Shown here: one piece after another, positions 62,655 through 64,000 of the stretch
How the letters are laid out: each line of letters begins with the position of its first letter
Numbering within the stretch: position 1 is the stretch's first letter
Source: Chthonomonadales bacterium
Lineage (GTDB): Bacteria; Armatimonadota; Chthonomonadetes; Chthonomonadales; CAJBBX01
DNA length: 64,000 nucleotides
Assembly: GCA_035477595.1 (NCBI GenBank)
Contig: DATIKM010000012.1
Span: 9,131 to 73,130 of the forward strand
Reading direction: 5' to 3'
The notes under the pieces: generated by a model
What the model saw: only the letters and a program-made list of their open reading frames with translations
Database searches by the model: none
Told to the model about the DNA's origin: nothing
Position numbers and translations under genes: made by a program

Positions 62655-64000
62655 CTACCGGTCGCCGAGGGCGTCGCGCAGCCTCTCGATGGCATCGGCG
62701 ACGAGCACCCGAGCGTAGAAGACGGCATCGGGGTCCGGCATGATCTCCGTCGAGCGGAGACCACCCGCGTTCGGGATGCGAACGAGGGAGAGAGCCCCCT
62801 CCAGCGCTCGCTGGGCCTCGCGCGCGTCGAGTCCGCGCTCGCGGGCGCGCCCGATCAGGCGCTGCAGGGCCGCGAGGTACTCGTAGTCCTCCGCACCGTC
62901 GCGCACCGCCTCCAGCCGGATGCTCGGAACGGGCTCTTCGCTTCCAGGCAGCGGCGGGTACGCGAGATAGCCGTCACCGTTCGGGTAACGGACCGAGTAG
63001 AAGGTCGCGCCATCATCGGTCTGGCGGATGAACCGGTGCCAGCCGCGCTCCCACGGGTTGTGGGTCCACCACGAGACGCCCCAGAACTCGTAGCCCGTGA
63101 CGCCATACTTCAGGCAGTAATACGGTAGCAGCCGCTCTGTCGCCAGATAGGGCGTGTCAAGCGCCTGCTGCCCATCCGTGGTGAACCACACCCGGTCGCC
63201 CGCCTGCAGGCGGGCCGCGATCAGGTCCGGAGGGAAGCCGCCGTACTGACCCACGCCCCACTTCGTGATGTGGCCCTCCAGGCCGGCCGCAGGGCGCCAC
63301 GTGCTCGCGAAGATGGGCACGTCAGGCGCCACCGCGCGCGCTAACCCGGCGACATAGCGCAGGTCCTCCACCACGGCCGGCACGGGGAAGTGCGGCTCAT
63401 CGGACAGGTAGAGCGTCAGGCGATCACGCCAACCGCGCGCCGTCACGTGGTCCACAAACAGCCGGTACGCCTCGCGCCAGGCGGCCTCATAGGCCGGGGT
63501 GCGCGGCGCCAGACCGAAGATCGGCTGCGGCGAATGGGCCCAGCCCAGAGCGTAGAACAGCCACGGCGTGTAGAGGTGCGCCATTCCCAGCTCGTCGAGG
63601 GTGAAGCGCGCCATGGCGTCGAAGGCCGTCGTGTCCATCGTCACCCGCCCGTCGGCATGGGCGAAGACCGGCGCGGGGTGCACCGTGTCGGAGCTCACGC
63701 GGTGGTCCGCCAGAAGGCGGTACCAACGCCGGAGCATCGCCTCGCCGGCGCCCTCCACGATCCAGCCAGGGCCGGAGCGCAGGTCGTAGACGATCCGGAG
63801 CGAAGGCCGGTCCGGGAGCGTGAACCCAAGCACGCGCACGGCAACCGGCAAGCGCGCCAGGCGCGTGCCGCTGGCTGCGACCTCGACCCACCCTCGGTAC
63901 ACCCCGGGACGCGCTTCCCTGGGCGCCCGGACCTCGAACCTCACCGCTTCGGTGCGCCGGGCCGGAAGGTCGAACGGCTCCAGCGGCACCAGCGGGTCCG
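62655..64000 (-). CDS. DUF4091-domain protein (glycoside-hydrolase-like); N-terminus lies beyond the window edge
   Basis: The frame is open to the window end. The C-terminal pattern SIRLEAVRDGAEDYEYLAALQ is typical of DUF4091. An upstream TIM-barrel-like region is present. Confidence 0.7.
   Translation of the reverse strand, partial: DPLVPLEPFDLPARRTEAVRFEVRAPREARPGVYRGWVEVAASGTRLARLPVAVRVLGFTLPDRPSLRIVYDLRSGPGWIVEGAGEAMLRRWYRLLADHRVSSDTVHPAPVFAHADGRVTMDTTAFDAMARFTLDELGMAHLYTPWLFYALGWAHSPQPIFGLAPRTPAYEAAWREAYRLFVDHVTARGWRDRLTLYLSDEPHFPVPAVVEDLRYVAGLARAVAPDVPIFASTWRPAAGLEGHITKWGVGQYGGFPPDLIAARLQAGDRVWFTTDGQQALDTPYLATERLLPYYCLKYGVTGYEFWGVSWWTHNPWERGWHRFIRQTDDGATFYSVRYPNGDGYLAYPPLPGSEEPVPSIRLEAVRDGAEDYEYLAALQRLIGRARERGLDAREAQRALEGALSLVRIPNAGGLRSTEIMPDPDAVFYARVLVADAIERLRDALGDR

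Noticed and set aside
1-64000. tRNA/rRNA genes, transposases, integrases, prophage or classical defence systems (RM, CRISPR-Cas, TA pairs)
   Set aside because: Scanning intergenic spacers by eye, I saw no T-loop or anticodon-arm patterns and no rRNA-like stretches. None of the ORF translations show transposase, recombinase, Cas, methyltransferase or toxin-antitoxin motifs. This was a manual scan, so absence should be confirmed with tRNAscan-SE, Infernal, ISfinder and DefenseFinder-type tools.

Overview
The window is high-GC (roughly 68-72% by eye) bacterial chromosomal DNA, densely coded on both strands. I support about 50 protein-coding genes. I recognised no rRNA, tRNA, CRISPR array, transposase, integrase or phage gene.

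Layout:
- (i) 1-9.7 kb is a housekeeping block. It holds a Pat-like GNAT 3' end, a secreted sugar-phosphate isomerase, xseA-xseB, an unusual LuxR-type response regulator, maf, and the universally conserved rpsB-tsf-pyrH-frr-uppS operon with stop/start overlaps.
- (ii) 9.8-12.3 kb encodes a CydA-like membrane protein fused to a mono-haem cytochrome c domain, plus a polytopic partner.
- (iii) 12.4-64 kb is an accessory-looking mosaic dominated by secreted carbohydrate-active and hydrolytic enzymes: GH127+LamG, GH38 alpha-mannosidase, a BNR/sialidase-like protein, sialate O-acetylesterase, GH42-like and other TIM-barrel proteins, DUF4091, an alpha/beta hydrolase, an S9 peptidase and a beta-lactamase-fold hydrolase.
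- Small modules are interspersed in this mosaic. They are sdpR-sdpI, a YedE / class-V aminotransferase / DUF3343 sulfur-selenium trafficking cluster, an orphan Imm50-like immunity gene, an orphan AsnB-like synthetase without the Cys nucleophile, an orphan PilX-like pseudopilin, a lone PmbA/TldD-family gene, and a low-GC orphan ExeA-like AAA+ ATPase.
- Two apparent gene remnants (an ABC peptide-permease 3' end and a possible TldD 3' end) suggest past rearrangement or decay.

I could not demonstrate a complete, clearly novel multi-gene system from sequence alone. The best candidates for follow-up are the haem-c-fused cytochrome-bd-superfamily pair, the pseudo-cyclase-REC-LuxR regulator, the beta-lactamase-fold plus unknown 628-aa secreted protein operon, the Imm50-like locus, and the ExeA-like ATPase islet.

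Many very long ORFs (500-950 aa) lie antisense to real genes. I treat these as high-GC artefacts. Family assignments come from motif and pattern recognition by eye, not from searches.
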